Shown: positions 62,283-64,000 of the stretch, piece after piece
How positions within the stretch are numbered: the stretch's first letter is position 1
How the letters are laid out: each line of letters starts with the position of its first letter
Source of the DNA: Euryarchaeota archaeon UBA89
GTDB lineage: Archaea > Thermoplasmatota > Poseidoniia > Poseidoniales > Thalassarchaeaceae
DNA length: 64,000 bases
Direction: 5' to 3'
Assembly: GCA_002495525.1 (NCBI GenBank)
Contig: DAFS01000033.1
Span: forward strand, 12,509-76,508
The notes under the pieces: model-generated
Told to the model about the DNA's origin: nothing
Database searches by the model: none
Seen by the model: only the letters and a program-made list of their open reading frames with translations
Translations under genes and position numbers: made by a program

Positions 62283-62879
62283 TCATGCATCTCCGATGAT
62301 TACTGGAGCCTCACTTTCTAACCTAGAATGACTTGGCATGGCTCCAATTCGAATTATTTTTTCTCTCAATTTGCCAAAACCATCGATTAGAGCCTCTGGT
62401 CTAGGAGGGCAACCAGGAATGTATACGTCAACAGGAATAATTGTATCAACTCCTTCAAGAATATTGTACGACTGGAAATATGGACCTCCTGAAATTGCAC
62501 ATTCGCCCATCGCTATACACCATTTCGGCTCAGGCATTTGTTCCCATAGACGGACTATTGGATCAGCAAATTTCTTACTAATAGGCCCATTTACGAGTAA
62601 TACATCGCATTGTCTAGGACTGGAACGAAAGAAAACTCCGAAACGCTCTGCATCAAAACGACTAGCTCCTGCTGCAGCCATTTCCAGTGCGCAACATTTG
62701 ATTCCTAGATGTAATGGAAAAAGAGATTTTCTTTGACCCCAATTAAAAATACGTCCTGCTAAAACTCCAATCACATCTTTCAGCCTACTTGCCTTCAACG
62801 CTTCATCAGTAACATCTCCGACTGTTTCAACCAACAATCTACTACTAAACATAGAATAATTTTGTGTATCGTCTGCCAT
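62283..62879 (-). CDS. nuoB: NADH-quinone oxidoreductase subunit B (20-kDa, PSST; N2 cluster)
   Basis: CCALEM, GxCAxSGG and GCPPRP cluster-N2 motifs. Start set at the internal Met MADDTQNY to avoid overlap with nuoA. Confidence 0.9.
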   Translation of the reverse strand: MADDTQNYSMFSSRLLVETVGDVTDEALKASRLKDVIGVLAGRIFNWGQRKSLFPLHLGIKCCALEMAAAGASRFDAERFGVFFRSSPRQCDVLLVNGPISKKFADPIVRLWEQMPEPKWCIAMGECAISGGPYFQSYNILEGVDTIIPVDVYIPGCPPRPEALIDGFGKLREKIIRIGAMPSHSRLESEAPVIIGDA

Positions 62880-62889
62880 TACAATCACC

Positions 62890-63351
62890 TCAAATGTAAA
62901 TTCTTCCTCTCTTCCTGAATACGTGCCAAACACCTAGGCCCATAAGTAAAATGAATATTGACATGGTTGTCAAAGCACCCATTATTTCAGCCTTGGATAT
63001 AACATCAACATCTTGAATAGATATTATTCCACCAAATGCTAGGAACATGAATGCGATATCGAAAACTAAGAATATTATCGCATACCAATAATACTGAAAA
63101 TGGAAATTAATATGCGCCTCACCAACAGGTGCTGAACCACACTCATAGGTACTTTCACGACGTACGTACAAGGATTGATCTACTTCATAACCAGGAAGTA
63201 GCCATGAACGTGTCCTGGTAGGATTATTTGGATCAACAACAGGCCTTAGAAGCCTAGATGCGATGAAACTTCCTACAGGAAAACCTATGCCAACCAAAGT
63301 CATTACTGCTAGTGCAAGATAGGCTTCAGAAACTGATGTCATAGGGCTCAC
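62890..63351 (-). CDS. nuoA: NADH-quinone oxidoreductase subunit A
   Basis: 3-TM protein with a NuoA-like N-terminus. The listed ORF starts at GTG, but an ATG (MTSVSEAY) 3 codons in is the alternative start. Confidence 0.8.
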   Translation of the reverse strand: MSPMTSVSEAYLALAVMTLVGIGFPVGSFIASRLLRPVVDPNNPTRTRSWLLPGYEVDQSLYVRRESTYECGSAPVGEAHINFHFQYYWYAIIFLVFDIAFMFLAFGGIISIQDVDVISKAEIMGALTTMSIFILLMGLGVWHVFRKRGRIYI

Positions 63352-63355
63352 AACC

Positions 63356-63372
63356 CGGTCCCTTAGGGACCG
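63356..63372. promoter_or_regulatory. Perfect palindrome CGGTCCC-TTA-GGGACCG between a TATA-like TAATTTTA element and the nuoA start
   Basis: Read directly from sequence: a 7-bp stem with a 3-nt loop, about 5-20 nt upstream of the nuoA start codon on the minus strand. Confidence 0.45.
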
Positions 63373-63435
63373 TTAGTACCGCCCACTAAAATTAGGGCAA
63401 TAAGTGTAACCTAACAATGAGTTTCAAGTTAGCAG

Positions 63436-63999
63436 TTAACGTTCAGATTCAAGTTCAAGTGCTTTGAGAATTCTTTGACTCTCTTTTCTTGATCTAGTGA
63501 AAAGGATAATGACGAGCAGCCCGCCGATTAATATCGCTCCCCAACCAATAATTTGGACCATGTCATCGGAAAGCAAAGATATTCCTATTGTAATCTCAGC
63601 AGTTACAGATAGGTCTAGAGGTTGCCCCGCCACAGGAAGTCCTTTTGGCATTACAATAATAGTAAAATCATATGTATCATCTTGGAATAAATCATTTGGG
63701 GGAGTTACTCGGATTTCTACTTCTCTTGTTTCACCCGGTGCCAATTTAAATTCATCATCGACAGCATTTACAGACCAAAACCTGAGTGCTTCTGATGATT
63801 CAATCACAACTGTTTCTTCTACATTGCCATGGTTAGTAACAAATATTGTGAAAATTGCCTTTTCGGGATAAGTCACCGTCTTCGAAGTTTCATCTTCAAT
63901 AGTGAATTGGAGATCATGTATGGTAATCACGTCAACTAACAAATCTACATGTGTACTTTCTATCGCATTAAGTTCTGAAGATGCGGAAACTTTGATCAT
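63436..63999 (-). CDS. Surface protein with CARDB/Ig-like domain and C-terminal TM anchor (N-terminus may lie beyond the window edge)
   Basis: CARDB-like segment (TIFVTNHGNVEETVVIES...LAPGETREVEIRVTPPN) and a C-terminal hydrophobic anchor AILIGGLLVIILF followed by basic residues. ATG sits at the window edge. Confidence 0.55.
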   Translation of the reverse strand: MIKVSASSELNAIESTHVDLLVDVITIHDLQFTIEDETSKTVTYPEKAIFTIFVTNHGNVEETVVIESSEALRFWSVNAVDDEFKLAPGETREVEIRVTPPNDLFQDDTYDFTIIVMPKGLPVAGQPLDLSVTAEITIGISLLSDDMVQIIGWGAILIGGLLVIILFTRSRKESQRILKALELESER

Positions 64000-64000
64000 T

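Noticed and set aside
63352-63435. Possible tRNA, from a T-arm-like GGG-TTGTGAG-CCC hairpin on the minus strand
   Set aside because: No acceptor stem, D-arm or anticodon arm can be built, and the T-loop does not match TTCRA. The element is better explained as the nuoA promoter palindrome.

Overview
This 64 kb window is a low-GC (roughly 38-40% by eye), densely coding stretch of an archaeal chromosome. My guess is a euryarchaeal planktonic lineage such as Marine Group II/Thermoplasmatota, but that is inference only. The archaeal hallmarks are a Cdc48 ATPase, an aIF-1A–Rio1–KH cluster, chromatin protein MC1, an Hjc-type resolvase, Sec11-type signal peptidase, an archaeal split acyl-CoA carboxylase (AccC/AccB/PccB as separate genes), and an 11-subunit nuo operon lacking nuoEFG with nuoJ split in two.

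Housekeeping content I can support from sequence:
- A threonine dehydrogenase.
- pyrG, then a divergent NAD-kinase-like gene and carbamate kinase, then thrS and trhO.
- pyrB-pyrI, followed by a convergent tRNA-thiolation PP-loop ATPase.
- cdc48, an aldehyde dehydrogenase, and a type-B-like sdhCAB with a single polytopic membrane anchor.
- A macro-domain protein and a variant Hjc.
- A membrane-proteostasis set: an S2P/M50 protease with PDZ, Sec11, and a presenilin-like aspartyl protease.
- An Lhr helicase, dCMP deaminase, folC, and serS.
- A biotin carboxylase–BCCP–crotonase–carboxyltransferase operon with a membrane protein upstream.
- aIF1A–rio1–KH, and nuoABCD-H-I-J(N)-J(C)-K-L-M-N.

The less ordinary elements are these:
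- A tight co-directional cdc48–PRC-barrel–membrane protein–DUF58–membrane protein string, which looks like a MoxR/DUF58-type module with no MoxR.
- An Hjc carrying an insertion and a long tail.
- A NuoI with a ~75-residue insertion between its two ferredoxin motifs.
- A NuoH with an N-terminal extension and a loop insertion.
- Several perfect palindromes in promoter regions.
- A 36-aa CxxC…CxxC zinc-ribbon micro-ORF.
- An ~80% AT island upstream of the tRNA-thiolation gene.
- Secreted and surface proteins with Ca-binding Asp-rich repeats, one of them PI-PLC-like.

I see no tRNA or rRNA genes, no CRISPR array, and no transposases or integrases. All functional calls rest on motif recognition by eye and should be confirmed by HMM or BLAST searches.
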